Source: Patescibacteria group bacterium
GTDB taxonomy: Bacteria; Patescibacteriota; Microgenomatia; Levybacterales; UBA12049
NCBI GenBank assembly: GCA_035457005.1
Contig: DATICB010000011.1
Span: forward strand, 4,098 to 68,097
Direction: 5' to 3'
DNA: 64,000 nucleotides
A model generated the notes under the pieces. It had not been told where the DNA came from and made no database searches. It saw only the letters and a list, made by a program, of their open reading frames with translations. A program made the position numbers and the translations under genes. Position 1 is the stretch's first letter; the number at the start of each line of letters is the position of its first letter. Positions 46,207 to 56,539 of the stretch are shown here, in pieces.

Positions 46207-46848
46207 CTATTTTAGGAGAATGTGCAGTCTCGCCATGTACAAATTAGTGAAATACCCCAGACTTGTCATCATTTGCACTTGATATGTTTTGGGCCCAACA
46301 TCCCATACAATAGGATTTGACGACCCAAATTGTCCATCAACAAGTGTCATTGGCGAATACCACACAGGGTGCCCATCGGTGACATTGAAAAGCTGAATTG
46401 ATGCTGTTTGATTTTGAGTGGGAATACCGATTGTTGCTTCAAAATGTACCTCTTTTATGTTGCTATACCTCCCAAAATCAATTTGCGCAGTAAGCCCTGG
46501 GACATTTGTCCACGATGTTGCTTGCGTTGTACCGCTTCCAAAAGGAATAAAAATTTCCTTCACTTGCGGACCTGTTTGCACCACAGGTGCTGACGTTGCC
46601 TGAACGATTGTTGGAACAGCAGTGGTTGGAGAAACCGTTGGCATTGCTGTAGGTGATGTGACAGTTGTCCTCTCTGCATCTGCTGCTTTTTGTTGGTGCA
46701 GTGATAAATAGGTTAAATAGGCTGTATTGGCAAATAAAACCAACAATAAAACAGCAATCAGCATAATTGCTGCACGGACTTTATTTTCATCTCGTGTCAA
46801 ACGTACCAAGAAAAATCTGTCAGCAAATGCTTTTTGTTTTTTGGCCAT
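46207..46848 (-). CDS. Hypothetical membrane-anchored protein
   Basis: N-terminal TM, T/P/A-rich linker, C-terminal beta domain. Confidence 0.45.
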   Translation of the reverse strand: MAKKQKAFADRFFLVRLTRDENKVRAAIMLIAVLLLVLFANTAYLTYLSLHQQKAADAERTTVTSPTAMPTVSPTTAVPTIVQATSAPVVQTGPQVKEIFIPFGSGTTQATSWTNVPGLTAQIDFGRYSNIKEVHFEATIGIPTQNQTASIQLFNVTDGHPVWYSPMTLVDGQFGSSNPIVWDVGPKTYQVQMMTSLGYFTNLYMARLHILLK

Positions 46849-46904
46849 ACATCTAGAGTAGGCAAGAATGACAAAAAAGTAAAGTCCATGGTATACTTAT
46901 CTTC

Positions 46905-47612
46905 GTGATAGATCTCCATGATAAGCGAATTCTTATTACCGGTGCGACGGATGGCCTCGGGTTGGCGATTGCAAAAGAACTAGCTAGACATAACGCACAT
47001 CTTATTGTCCATGGCCGCACAGAAGAAAAAGTCAAAAAAACAGTGAGTGAATTACAAAGCCTTGGTGCAGCAAAAATTGACGAGATTGTTTGCGACTTGA
47101 CACAAACAGAACAAATTGAAAAAGTTTTTTCAGAAATTGATTCTCTAGATGTTCTTATTAATAATGCTGGTATCTGGTTCGAAGGAAATACTATTGATGC
47201 AACTCAGGAAAAAATTATTGAACTAACAAAAGTAAATATGCTTGCGCCGCTTTTAATTACGCGGATTGTCTTGCCAAAACTACTTACTGCTGATTTCGGA
47301 CAAATTCTTAACGTCGTGAGTCTTGACGGAACAACAATACCGTATGAATATTTTAATACTTTCTATGTTGCGACCAAACACGCATTACATGGGTTTACAG
47401 AAAGTTTGGCAAAAGAATTCTACAAAAAGAATCTTCGTGTTATGGGATATTATCCTGGAGGCATGGATACCAAACTCTTCACAAAAAGTGGTGTAAAAAG
47501 AGAGAACGAGCCATGGATGTTTGATCCACAAGAATCTGCAGAAGCAATTGCTTTTATGTTAAGTCGTGATAAATCAGTAAATGTAAAACGAATGGATCTA
47601 GTTAAACAGTAA
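46905..47612 (+). CDS. Short-chain dehydrogenase/reductase (SDR)
   Basis: ILITGATDGLGLAIA Rossmann motif; YxxxK active site. Confidence 0.75.
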   Translation: MIDLHDKRILITGATDGLGLAIAKELARHNAHLIVHGRTEEKVKKTVSELQSLGAAKIDEIVCDLTQTEQIEKVFSEIDSLDVLINNAGIWFEGNTIDATQEKIIELTKVNMLAPLLITRIVLPKLLTADFGQILNVVSLDGTTIPYEYFNTFYVATKHALHGFTESLAKEFYKKNLRVMGYYPGGMDTKLFTKSGVKRENEPWMFDPQESAEAIAFMLSRDKSVNVKRMDLVKQ

Positions 47613-47613
47613 T

Positions 47614-48644
47614 TTATTTTAAATATTTGTTGAAGAAATCCAAACTATGCTGCATTGCCTCATTGAGATGCCCGGAAATATTGTGATTGTCCCCAGGGTA
47701 TGTAAAAAATTCCACAGTTTTCTCAGCAGCCTTTAATCTTTCGTAGAGACTTTGCGAGAAAGCAACAGGCACTTCCTCGTCTTCCCCCCCTGCATCTAAT
47801 TGAACCGGCACTGTAATGTCACCAACAAAATGTGTCGGATCAACACTATTCCAAAAAACAGGATTTGCGGACGGACTGCCGTATTTTGTTATTAAATTTT
47901 GACGAGATGCGTTACGAAGCGCAAGTTCTCTTGGCCCCGGACGGAAGGGAACTCTGCGCTGCCAATTGTTCATCAAATCGTCATAACTCCCAACAACGCC
48001 TCCCCAAATAACTGCCGCCTGCACATCATTTGGCCTTACCACTACATCGCGAAGCGTAATATTGCCACCCATTGAATGTCCCCATATGCCTATTTTATGA
48101 GGATTTGCATCGGGATATTTTTTGATTGAACTTAACGCATTCAAATCATCTGTTGCATAGGCTGGGGAATAATATGCACCTTCCGGTGACCCGTCTGAAT
48201 TCCCATTACCACGGTAATCGGGCTTAAACACAATATATCCAGCAGAGGAAAAATACGGGTAATACGATGCATATTGACCAACACTGGGAAATGTTTGGTA
48301 TGTTTCCGGTGCAATATAGCCATGATTAAATAAAATAACCGGCCAACCATTTGCTGGCTTTTGACCTGTTGGCACAGTGAGTAATGCATAAATTTTTAAA
48401 CCATCAGACAGGTACGATGCAAGGTATTGATGGTAATTCGAACCATCGGGCAGTTGTTGTTCTATTGTTATCGCACTTCCTGGATACGATTTTGAGCGCA
48501 TTGCTGTGACAGACAGAGGATTTAAGGATGATTGGGACTGTAAGGACGTACTATTTGGCGCATGAGCTGTATTAGAAACAAGGAGATAGAAAATAATAAG
48601 AAGAAAAAGTATAAGGACAACAACAAGAATTTTTTTCTTCACGA
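47614..48644 (-). CDS. Secreted alpha/beta hydrolase (S9/dienelactone-hydrolase-like); probable GTG start giving signal peptide VKKKILVVVL...AHA
   Basis: GHSMGG nucleophile elbow; longer ATG starts would overlap sodA. Confidence 0.6.
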
Positions 48645-48649
48645 GTATG

Positions 48650-49264
48650 CTATTGCATTGCCGCAGCAAGTCTTTTGGCAACATCGTCCCAATTGACAAT
48701 ATTCCACCAAGCAGCAATATAATCTGCTCGCACATTGTAATATTGCAAATAATAGGCGTGCTCCCACACATCTAGACCCAAAAGGGGTACCATGCCTTGT
48801 GCTAGGGGAGAGTCCTGATTGGGTGTGCTGAGCAATTTTACCTCTCCCTTGTCCCAAACAAGCCACTCCCATCCGCTACCAAATATCTTTGTCGCAGAGG
48901 TACCAAATTGGTCCTGAAATGTTTTGTAATCACCAAATGTGTGTTGTAATTTATCCAGAAGTGTTCCCGATGGCGTTTGTCCATTTCCTTTTTTTGGTGT
49001 CATATTCTCCCAAAACATTGAGTGATTATAATGTCCGCCACCATTATTCCTCACAATAGTCCTGACGTCTTCTGGAATTTTGTCTAGTGATGTAATAATT
49101 TCTTCAATACTTTTATTTTGCCATTCAGGATATTTTTCTAATGCTTTATTTAAATTATCTACGTATGCTTTGTGATGTTTATCATGATGCAGTTGTTGAA
49201 TTTGCTCACTTACATACGGAGCGAGAGCATCGTATGCATAGGGAAGTTTGGGAAGAGTAAACAT
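48650..49264 (-). CDS. sodA: Fe/Mn superoxide dismutase
   Basis: LPKLPYAYDALAPYVS...HHDKHH...DVWEHAYY signatures. Confidence 0.9.
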   Translation of the reverse strand: MFTLPKLPYAYDALAPYVSEQIQQLHHDKHHKAYVDNLNKALEKYPEWQNKSIEEIITSLDKIPEDVRTIVRNNGGGHYNHSMFWENMTPKKGNGQTPSGTLLDKLQHTFGDYKTFQDQFGTSATKIFGSGWEWLVWDKGEVKLLSTPNQDSPLAQGMVPLLGLDVWEHAYYLQYYNVRADYIAAWWNIVNWDDVAKRLAAAMQ

Positions 49265-49376
49265 GTCTTCTCTAGACTAAACCTTTCAGCAATTTCTGTC
49301 AAGAGAAATAATAAATTAAAAGAGTTTAAGTTTTTGAATAAAAAATATTCCATAAACATTGATCACCTAAATTGAG

Positions 49377-49811
49377 ATGAATTGTGCTATACTAGAGAAG
49401 ATGTATAAAGATTTTTACGCGACCGGATTTCTTTATCACCCACTGTCCCAACAAATTCTTCTGCAAAATAATTCTTCTTCTTGGACACTTTTTGGCAATT
49501 CATATAGCGAAGCAGATGATCCGCAAATTATTTTAAAAAATACACTACAACAACTTTTTGATTTGAAGAAAGTTGTCGTTTTACCAATATACACATATAC
49601 TTCCGAAAATAAAAAAAGAATTACCTATGTTGGATATTCCATTGCCAAAACAAAAAAGAATTTTTCACCTAAAGACACGCGATATAAATGGTTTTCTTTT
49701 AAAGAAATTACAAAATTGGCAATCGATCCAGATACCAAACACGACATTATTGTTGGCCAGCGAGTAATAGAAGCCGCAGGAAGAAAAGAAAGAGGAGAGC
49801 ACACTTTCTAG
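49377..49811 (+). CDS. Hypothetical protein
   Basis: 144-aa ORF, no recognised domain. Confidence 0.4.
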   Translation: MNCAILEKMYKDFYATGFLYHPLSQQILLQNNSSSWTLFGNSYSEADDPQIILKNTLQQLFDLKKVVVLPIYTYTSENKKRITYVGYSIAKTKKNFSPKDTRYKWFSFKEITKLAIDPDTKHDIIVGQRVIEAAGRKERGEHTF

Positions 49812-49836
49812 GTATTGCTTCAGAGTTTTCTATATT

Positions 49837-51045
49837 TTATTGGTTAACAATAGTCTCCTCTAGCATTTTTGTAAAAGAAGCAAATTGCATTGTTGAAGTA
49901 AATTTTTCTCTTACTGTTTTTATTCCTGCTTGTGTAAATTTATTTTTAACAGAACTATCATTAAGGAGGATTTCTATTTTCTGAGCTAATATACTTGAAT
50001 CATCTGGCGGAATTAAAAATCCATTATAGAAATCACTAATAATTTCAGGAATACCCCCAACCTTTGTTCCGATGACTGCTAACCCACAACTCATTGCTTC
50101 GATAAAAACTTGTCCAAATGTTTCGTTTTCTGATGCCAAAACAAACATATCAGACCCTTGATAAACATGAGGCATTTCATTAAGTTTGTAAGGTTTTACA
50201 ATTGTTTGTTTTTCTATATTGTGCAGCTTAATATAACCCTGCAACATTTCGTATGCAACATCAAACTCTTTTTTTAAATTATCGGGTGGTTTGCCAATTG
50301 CAATAAGAAGTCGCAATTTAGGATACCGGGGTGATAATTTCGAAAAAGCTTGAATTAAATTAATAAGACCTTTTTCTTGAAGTATATTTTTTTTGCCGCG
50401 AATAATTCTTGTCGCGGTTAAAACAATTTTATTTTCCATCTGTAATCCCAGCTCTTGCTTTAATACATTCTTTTTAGTTTCATCAAAAATAAATTCGCTA
50501 GTATTAACACCTAGATAGTGAGTTGAAAGATAATTAATATCTGCACCTTTCTGAAAAGAATCCCCTGCAACACTTTTACTAACACAGCTAATCATGTCCC
50601 ATTTTAGTTGATTAACCAATTCTGTTTGTAGCTCTGTTGTTTCAAAAGAGTGTAATTGTAACACCAAAGGAATTTTTAACATACTTGTTACCATAGTAAG
50701 GAGCAAACTGTACGCTGCTGGCAAATCTGTATGAAAATTTTCTGCACAAATAATATTAATGGCATTTTTTCGAATAGAATTGGTAACAATTTCAGAAAAA
50801 AGTTTTGCTTTTTCTGAAATTTCCTTTTTTGTTGCGAGTGCACTTCGAGACATAAAAAGACTGTTTGTGTAGAAAATAGTTACACGACCATAATTTTCAG
50901 AATAATCTTCTTTTTCTGTTGGAAGTAAAACAAATAATTTGTGTTTATTTTGAGAGGAAAAATATGCAATGAGATTTGTAATATATCTTTCTATGCCACC
51001 AATACTTTCAAAAGGGGAATTGCGACTAATAAATAAAACGTTCAC
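49837..51045 (-). CDS. Glycosyltransferase family 4 (GT-B)
   Basis: C-terminal E-x7-E motif region SENETFGQVFIEAMSCGLAVIGTKVGGIPEI. Confidence 0.75.
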   Translation of the reverse strand: MNVLFISRNSPFESIGGIERYITNLIAYFSSQNKHKLFVLLPTEKEDYSENYGRVTIFYTNSLFMSRSALATKKEISEKAKLFSEIVTNSIRKNAINIICAENFHTDLPAAYSLLLTMVTSMLKIPLVLQLHSFETTELQTELVNQLKWDMISCVSKSVAGDSFQKGADINYLSTHYLGVNTSEFIFDETKKNVLKQELGLQMENKIVLTATRIIRGKKNILQEKGLINLIQAFSKLSPRYPKLRLLIAIGKPPDNLKKEFDVAYEMLQGYIKLHNIEKQTIVKPYKLNEMPHVYQGSDMFVLASENETFGQVFIEAMSCGLAVIGTKVGGIPEIISDFYNGFLIPPDDSSILAQKIEILLNDSSVKNKFTQAGIKTVREKFTSTMQFASFTKMLEETIVNQ

Positions 51046-52238
51046 GTATTTTTTTCAACAAATGTTATTGCTATTCCTTTCTTATCTGCACGACCTGTTC
51101 TCCCAATACGATGAATATAATCTTCAATTGTTGCGGGCATATCGTAATTAATAACATGAGTAACATTAGGAATATCCAGTCCACGTGACGCAACATCGGT
51201 TGCAAGGAGTACTTGAATTTCTCCATTTTTAAATTGCTTGAGCGCTCGCTGTCTTTGATTTTGGTTTTTATTTCCATGAATTGCTGCAACACGAAAACCT
51301 CTTCGCATCAACTCCGCTGTTAATTTTTGAATGCCCCATTTTGTTCGACCAAAAAGCAAGACTTTTTTAAATTCCTCTTGAGCAAGTAAATCATGCAGTT
51401 TATCTATTTTTTTATATCCTGGCTCTATTTCTATAATTTCTTGTTGCACATTTTCTGCAGTGTCTTGTTGTTTTACCGATGCAGTAACCGGATTAACAAC
51501 AAAACTTTGTAAAATCTCTTGTACCTTACCGTCTATTGTCGCCGAGAAAAAAAGTGACTGCCTATCTATCGGCAATAACGAAATAAAATACTGTATGTCA
51601 CGAATAAATCCAATGTCAACCATTCTATCTGCTTCATCCAAGACAACGTTGTTAAACATCCCCATAGAAATACCTCTTTCCTTAATAATGTCTCGTATTC
51701 TTCCGGGTGTGCCAATAACAAAATGTGGACTTTGTCGCAAATCACCCATCTGTCTTTTCATACTCATACCGCCGATAAGAAGCGTTGAGAAAACACCAAG
51801 TCCTTTGGTAAAAGATTTTAATTCTTCATGAATTTGTACAGCCAACTCCCGCGTCGGTGCAATAATTAAAACCCTTTCTCCCTTATCGTTGTAGACTTTA
51901 TTTACAAGTGGAATAAGAAATGCTGCTGTCTTTCCTGTGCCCGTATTTGCGATACCGATAACATCTCTTCCCAAAAGGATACTTGGAACAGTCTGCAGCT
52001 GAATCGGTGTTGGGTTAGTATACCCTTTGGATAAAATATTATCCAATAATTTTGGAGACAAATGAAAATCAACAAAACTTGTTGCTGGCACCGGCGGCAA
52101 TTCCTCTTGGTACGCTGCTTTTCCTTTTTTAATTACTTCAACCGATGCAATTTTTTCACGAAGCTCTCTCTGAGAAACAGATTGTATTTTTCGCGGCTTT
52201 CCAAAATTCTTATGCTGGTGAAATTTATTTTTATGCAT
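51042..52238 (-). CDS. DEAD-box ATP-dependent RNA helicase
   Basis: Q-motif, ANTGTGKT, VLDEADRM, SAT and HRIGRTGR motifs. Confidence 0.9.
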   Translation of the reverse strand: MHKNKFHQHKNFGKPRKIQSVSQRELREKIASVEVIKKGKAAYQEELPPVPATSFVDFHLSPKLLDNILSKGYTNPTPIQLQTVPSILLGRDVIGIANTGTGKTAAFLIPLVNKVYNDKGERVLIIAPTRELAVQIHEELKSFTKGLGVFSTLLIGGMSMKRQMGDLRQSPHFVIGTPGRIRDIIKERGISMGMFNNVVLDEADRMVDIGFIRDIQYFISLLPIDRQSLFFSATIDGKVQEILQSFVVNPVTASVKQQDTAENVQQEIIEIEPGYKKIDKLHDLLAQEEFKKVLLFGRTKWGIQKLTAELMRRGFRVAAIHGNKNQNQRQRALKQFKNGEIQVLLATDVASRGLDIPNVTHVINYDMPATIEDYIHRIGRTGRADKKGIAITFVEKNT

Positions 52239-52447
52239 ACGGTGTATTACTAAAACTGCTTAAATGAAGTGTATTTGGAGTTAGAAGAAAGATACGAATC
52301 GGTAAAACCTTGTAATAAATATTATCTTTAACTTATCTAATCAAAATTCTATTATTAAGCAGATGTAGTAATGCAATCTGCCGTATATAGTATAGCAGAA
52401 AATAGGTAAAAAAGCAAGAAAACGTGCCTAGTTTGTGGCTATGATAC

Positions 52448-53242
52448 TTATTTCTTTTTCCTCGCTTGCAGGGAGAAAAGAAGAGGTATTTGCGTCTTTT
52501 TATCTTTCAAAACGTATTGTCCATTTTTATTTTTTTTCATAAATCCCGGGAATTGGTTGTACATGGTAAAAGGAAATTCATGAAAAAATTCAATTTCCAA
52601 TCCTGCATCAACAAGTGATGAAATAACGTCCTCAATGGTATAGCTCCATTCATATGTAACCCCCTTTGTTGTATCTTTCCAATTTGTATAACTTCCTTCT
52701 GCATCATCCAAAAATGGCCCTTTATCAAAATAGTCATACTGCATTTTTACCTTTTCATTGAGCATATTGGTGAAAGGATGCAATTCAACAATATAAAAAA
52801 TACCACCAGTTTTAAGAAATTCAGAAATTATTTTTCCAAATTTTTTTATATCAGAAAGCCACAGCAATACTCCATATGACATAAAAATTATATCAAACTT
52901 TTTTTTCAAAACATTTGGTAATGCATAGACATCCGAACAAATAAATTCAGCAGGAATATGCAATTCTTCACTCATTTTTCGAGCAAGTGCAATTGCCTCG
53001 TCTGAGATATCAACACCAGTCACCGATGCACCATTTCTTGCAAGAGACAGACTATCCATACCAAAATGACAAAGTAAATGAAGTACTTCTTTTCCTTTTA
53101 TATTTCCTAATTCTTTTTGCTCTATGACTTGCAAACTGGTTGCGCCTTTTTTAAACTGTGCAACATTATATAAGGAAGACTTCTCGTGAAGAGGAGTAAT
53201 TGCATTCCACCATTTTTTATTTATTTCTGTATAATTTTTCAT
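52448..53242 (-). CDS. Class I SAM-dependent methyltransferase
   Basis: VLHLLCHFGMDSLSLARNGASVTGVDIS motif I region. Confidence 0.65.
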   Translation of the reverse strand: MKNYTEINKKWWNAITPLHEKSSLYNVAQFKKGATSLQVIEQKELGNIKGKEVLHLLCHFGMDSLSLARNGASVTGVDISDEAIALARKMSEELHIPAEFICSDVYALPNVLKKKFDIIFMSYGVLLWLSDIKKFGKIISEFLKTGGIFYIVELHPFTNMLNEKVKMQYDYFDKGPFLDDAEGSYTNWKDTTKGVTYEWSYTIEDVISSLVDAGLEIEFFHEFPFTMYNQFPGFMKKNKNGQYVLKDKKTQIPLLFSLQARKKK

Positions 53243-53269
53243 TATCTTAGTGTAACAAAGAAATGATGA

Positions 53270-53875
53270 TTATAAAAATGTTGTAGCAAATTGGATTGCA
53301 TTAATATATTTTTTATCGGAAATTGCGTGATCTGTTTTTTGAATGGAAAAAAGATATTTCTTTTTTGATGCAATTGCACGAAATGTCTTTTTTGATCTGT
53401 TAATTAAGACTGTCGACTCTTTTTCTCCATACAACATGCAAACACTTTTTGCTTTTATTTTTTTTGCCAATTTATTTGAGTAGAGTGATGCAAATGTTTT
53501 ATGACGAATAATTTGCAAAGCAGAACTATTTTTTGGAAGCGTTTTTGGCAAATCTTCTTTGAAGAAAGGGGACAGTGAACATAAGACAAGACCTCTTACA
53601 GGAATTTTTGTTGCCGCAAGAAACGCTACCAACGCACCATACGAGAATCCGAGAAGATAAACATCTTTTGACAACAAAGAAAGTTTTGCCAATTTTTCAT
53701 TGTATTTTTTAAGAAAAAATGTCGTGTTGTCTGTTATGGTTGATCCTTTCCATGGTACTGCAATTGGGACAACACGAAATCCCTCTGACACGAGCGTTTT
53801 TCGAAGAAGACTGTATCCCTTTTGTCCAATTTTGTGCCTAAATCCCGGAATAAGAAAGACTATTTTCTGCCTCAT
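53270..53875 (-). CDS. Small alpha/beta hydrolase/esterase
   Basis: LGFSYGALVA nucleophile elbow. Confidence 0.55.
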   Translation of the reverse strand: MRQKIVFLIPGFRHKIGQKGYSLLRKTLVSEGFRVVPIAVPWKGSTITDNTTFFLKKYNEKLAKLSLLSKDVYLLGFSYGALVAFLAATKIPVRGLVLCSLSPFFKEDLPKTLPKNSSALQIIRHKTFASLYSNKLAKKIKAKSVCMLYGEKESTVLINRSKKTFRAIASKKKYLFSIQKTDHAISDKKYINAIQFATTFL

Positions 53876-53949
53876 AGCTGGGGGATTATAGCACTTTTGA
53901 GGCTAGAGTAAAAGAGTGGAGTGGTACAGAAAACAGTTTTAAAAGACGT

Positions 53950-54201
53950 TTATAAACCATTAATCAAAGCTTCTTTTTTGCTTTTAGGCAATTGTTTTAT
54001 TTCCCATTCGCGCTTTAAAGCTTCACTTTTTGTTGCACATTCCTCTGTATACACAAGTGCAAAACTATTAAATGCTTTTAAATATTTTGCTGATTCATAA
54101 TTTTTCTTTCTGTGCTGAGTTAGTCTTTTTTCCAAATCATTTGTTTGACCCGTGTAGAGCGTATTTGCAGATGTCCGAAGAATATAGACAGTATATGTCA
54201 T
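53950..54201 (-). CDS. GIY-YIG nuclease-family mini-protein
   Basis: TYTVYILRTSANTLYTGQTNDLEKRLTQH core. Confidence 0.7.
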   Translation of the reverse strand: MTYTVYILRTSANTLYTGQTNDLEKRLTQHRKKNYESAKYLKAFNSFALVYTEECATKSEALKREWEIKQLPKSKKEALINGL

Positions 54202-54235
54202 ATACTCAGTATACAACTACTACAACCACAATTGA

Positions 54236-54826
54236 CTAGCTCACAAGAAGATACAAAGCAAAGACTACCATGCTAAAATCTTCAACCAAAGTCACCCAAG
54301 TAAGCGGAACTTTAAGAAATGTTCCTAGGCAAACACATTGAAATTTTTCATGCTTTAAGATTTTTATTGCTACACCAATGCCGCTAAATCCCATGACAAT
54401 AATTTCCGCAAAAAGAATTTGTTTTGTGTATATATCTAAAATCATTGTAAATGCAAAAAATAATTCAAGAAATGGATAGATATATCCATACCAATAGACA
54501 CGCTTTGCAAGTAAATCGTATGTTGCATACCCTTCTGCAAAACCCCGTATATCTGTCAGCTTAAACCCTGAGAAAATCAAGAAAAATCCGATCATGAAAT
54601 ATCTAACAACAGTATGAATATTAAAATTCGTTATAAATGAAATGAGTAGAGATGTGGTAAAAATAAGACCAATAATAATCAAAAGAGGAGTGTAACTTGA
54701 TTTCTCGCTTGTTACTTTGTTTGATTTTTTCTCTAACTCACTTTGCAAAACAAGTTTCATTCCACATAAAGGACATGTGCCAGGACTATCTTGTCTTATT
54801 TGTGGATGCATTGGACACGCGTACAT
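54236..54826 (-). CDS. Fusion of an N-terminal heavy-metal-binding domain (CPMHP...CPLCGM) with a MauE/DoxX-like 4-TM domain
   Basis: MYACPMHPQIRQDSPGTCPLCGMKL metal-binding motif, then four TM helices. Confidence 0.5.
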   Translation of the reverse strand: MYACPMHPQIRQDSPGTCPLCGMKLVLQSELEKKSNKVTSEKSSYTPLLIIIGLIFTTSLLISFITNFNIHTVVRYFMIGFFLIFSGFKLTDIRGFAEGYATYDLLAKRVYWYGYIYPFLELFFAFTMILDIYTKQILFAEIIVMGFSGIGVAIKILKHEKFQCVCLGTFLKVPLTWVTLVEDFSMVVFALYLLVS

Positions 54827-54834
54827 AGGTAATC

Positions 54835-55428
54835 TTAATCCACCATTGACCCCGTCTTCACTTCTCCTGCACGTTTGTAATTGGCAAAGATAACTCCTTT
54901 GGGAGTAACATGATGCTCTATCAACTCAAATGCAGCTGGAATTGCACCATCTTGAAATAATTTCTTTCCTTTCCCTAAAGTGAGTGGATGGATTTTTAAC
55001 CACAACTCGTCTACTAAATCATTTTTTAAAAGTGTTTGAACCAGATTCCCGCTTCCATACACTTGCAAATTAGACCCATTTGTTTGTTTTAGTTTTTTAA
55101 TATCTTCAACATTTTTCAAAACTACCGTGTTTTCCCATGCAGGGTTCTTAAGAGTTGTAGAGACAACATATTTAGTCACTTTGTTAATACTTGGCCAAAA
55201 TTTCGTGTGGGTTGGCCAATAAGCAGAAAAAATATCGTATGTTTTTCTTCCCAACAAAAGATCCGAAGGCTCCATTTGTTTCGCCATTAATTTGCCCGCT
55301 TTATCGTCAAAATAGGGAAATTGCCACCCGCCAAATTTGAAATCATTTGATGTGTCTTCTTCAGAACCACCAGGAGCTTGCATAACACCATCTAGCGTAA
55401 TAAATTCTAAAACAATAACCTTTCTCAC
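54835..55428 (-). CDS. Dihydrofolate-reductase-like (RibD C-terminal domain family) protein
   Basis: VIVLEFITLDGVMQAPGG...LLLGRKTYD...VYGSGNLVQTLL. Confidence 0.65.
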   Translation of the reverse strand: MRKVIVLEFITLDGVMQAPGGSEEDTSNDFKFGGWQFPYFDDKAGKLMAKQMEPSDLLLGRKTYDIFSAYWPTHTKFWPSINKVTKYVVSTTLKNPAWENTVVLKNVEDIKKLKQTNGSNLQVYGSGNLVQTLLKNDLVDELWLKIHPLTLGKGKKLFQDGAIPAAFELIEHHVTPKGVIFANYKRAGEVKTGSMVD

Positions 55429-55492
55429 ACATTCATTGTATCACGAAGAACAAGGGGGCAAAAATCTATACTGGCTGAATAAAAAGTTACAT

Positions 55493-55966
55493 TCAAGGAT
55501 TAAGTAGAAGAAGAGAGAAATTAAGGATTGTTGCAAAGCTTACCCAGAGAAGGTATGGGATAAGAAGACATCCTGCAGTTTTGGAAAGTTTATAGAACGT
55601 AAAAAGTGTTATAGCAATACTAATAAGCAAAAAGAGAATATCTATAAACCCCAATAAGGGATTGCGTAAACCGAAAAAGAATATTGACCAAAGAAAGTTT
55701 AAAAAAAGCTGTATAAAAAAGTAGGCCAGTGCCTTTTTTACTTTTTTATTCTTCGCACCTTTTTGCCAAATGATAAATACTGCAATTCCCATGAAAAAAT
55801 ACAGGAGTGTCCAAACTGGACCAAAGATCCAGTTTGGAGGAGAAAAGAATGGTTTATGAAGATGGGCATACCACGCAGGAATAGCTGAAATAGTAAATGG
55901 AGTAGCAATTATTCCCGTTAATTCACAACCCATAACGCAAATAAGAAACTTTTGAATATCTTTCAT
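55493..55966 (-). CDS. tspO: TspO/MBR tryptophan-rich sensory protein
   Basis: Five TM helices; PSWFPPNWIFGPVWTLLY-type motif. Confidence 0.75.
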   Translation of the reverse strand: MKDIQKFLICVMGCELTGIIATPFTISAIPAWYAHLHKPFFSPPNWIFGPVWTLLYFFMGIAVFIIWQKGAKNKKVKKALAYFFIQLFLNFLWSIFFFGLRNPLLGFIDILFLLISIAITLFTFYKLSKTAGCLLIPYLLWVSFATILNFSLLLLNP

Positions 55967-56072
55967 ATTTTTAGTATGAGAAACTACTGCTGTTGTGTCA
56001 ATGAGCAGAGGAGAAAGATAAACGGTCCAAAAGGCAGACTAGAGATATTCTGCTTAATTCATTTTTTCTGTG

Positions 56073-56143
56073 CTGGAAGGCCTGGATTCGAACCAGAATA
56101 AACAGATCCAAAGTCTGTTGTCCTACCATTAGACGACCTTCCA
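56073..56143 (-). tRNA. tRNA-Gln (anticodon TTG), U1:A72, G73
   Basis: Acceptor uggaagg/ccuucca, anticodon loop cuUUGga, T-arm ctgg-ttcgaat-ccag. Confidence 0.8.
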
Positions 56144-56147
56144 ATAT

Positions 56148-56390
56148 TTAATCTTTTAACAACACCTTAAGTTTATTACCACCTTTATATGATTTCAATT
56201 CTATTTCCCTTAATCGCGCTTTTTTATAATTTTCAAACTCTTCTGTATAAACGAGAGAAAATGGCTTTCTCTTTTTCGTAATTGAAACTCCACCCTTATT
56301 GTGTTTCTTTAAACGGTTCTGAATATCTTTAGTTATTCCGATATAATAACCATTGTCTAATTTGCTTTGGATTACATAAACCCAAATCAT
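56148..56390 (-). CDS. GIY-YIG nuclease-family mini-protein, 4 nt from the tRNA-Gln 5' end
   Basis: IWVYVIQSKLDNGYYIGITKDIQNRLKKHN core. Confidence 0.7.
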   Translation of the reverse strand: MIWVYVIQSKLDNGYYIGITKDIQNRLKKHNKGGVSITKKRKPFSLVYTEEFENYKKARLREIELKSYKGGNKLKVLLKD

Positions 56391-56397
56391 ACAAAAA

Positions 56398-56470
56398 AGT
56401 CTGTTGTCCTATTTACTCCGCTTAGCGGAGCCATTACCCCGCTCAGCGGGGCGAGGACGACCTTCCAATA
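56398..56470 (-). repeat. Degenerate copy of the 5' half of tRNA-Gln; the D-loop is replaced by a 45-nt insert with two GC hairpins
   Basis: aagtctgttgtcct...gacgaccttccaata matches 56111-56146; insert ctccgcttagcggag / ccccgctcagcgggg. Confidence 0.55.
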
Positions 56471-56539
56471 GAATAAATTGAACAGATATCTTGTGAATTT
56501 TACAACCTAGACTATCTTTCCAACGTGGCATTATTATAC

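Noticed and set aside
47614-48771. Long ATG-initiated version of the alpha/beta hydrolase
   Set aside because: It would overlap the sodA 3' end by 120 nt. A GTG start at 48644 gives a canonical signal peptide (VKKKILVVV...AHA) and no overlap.
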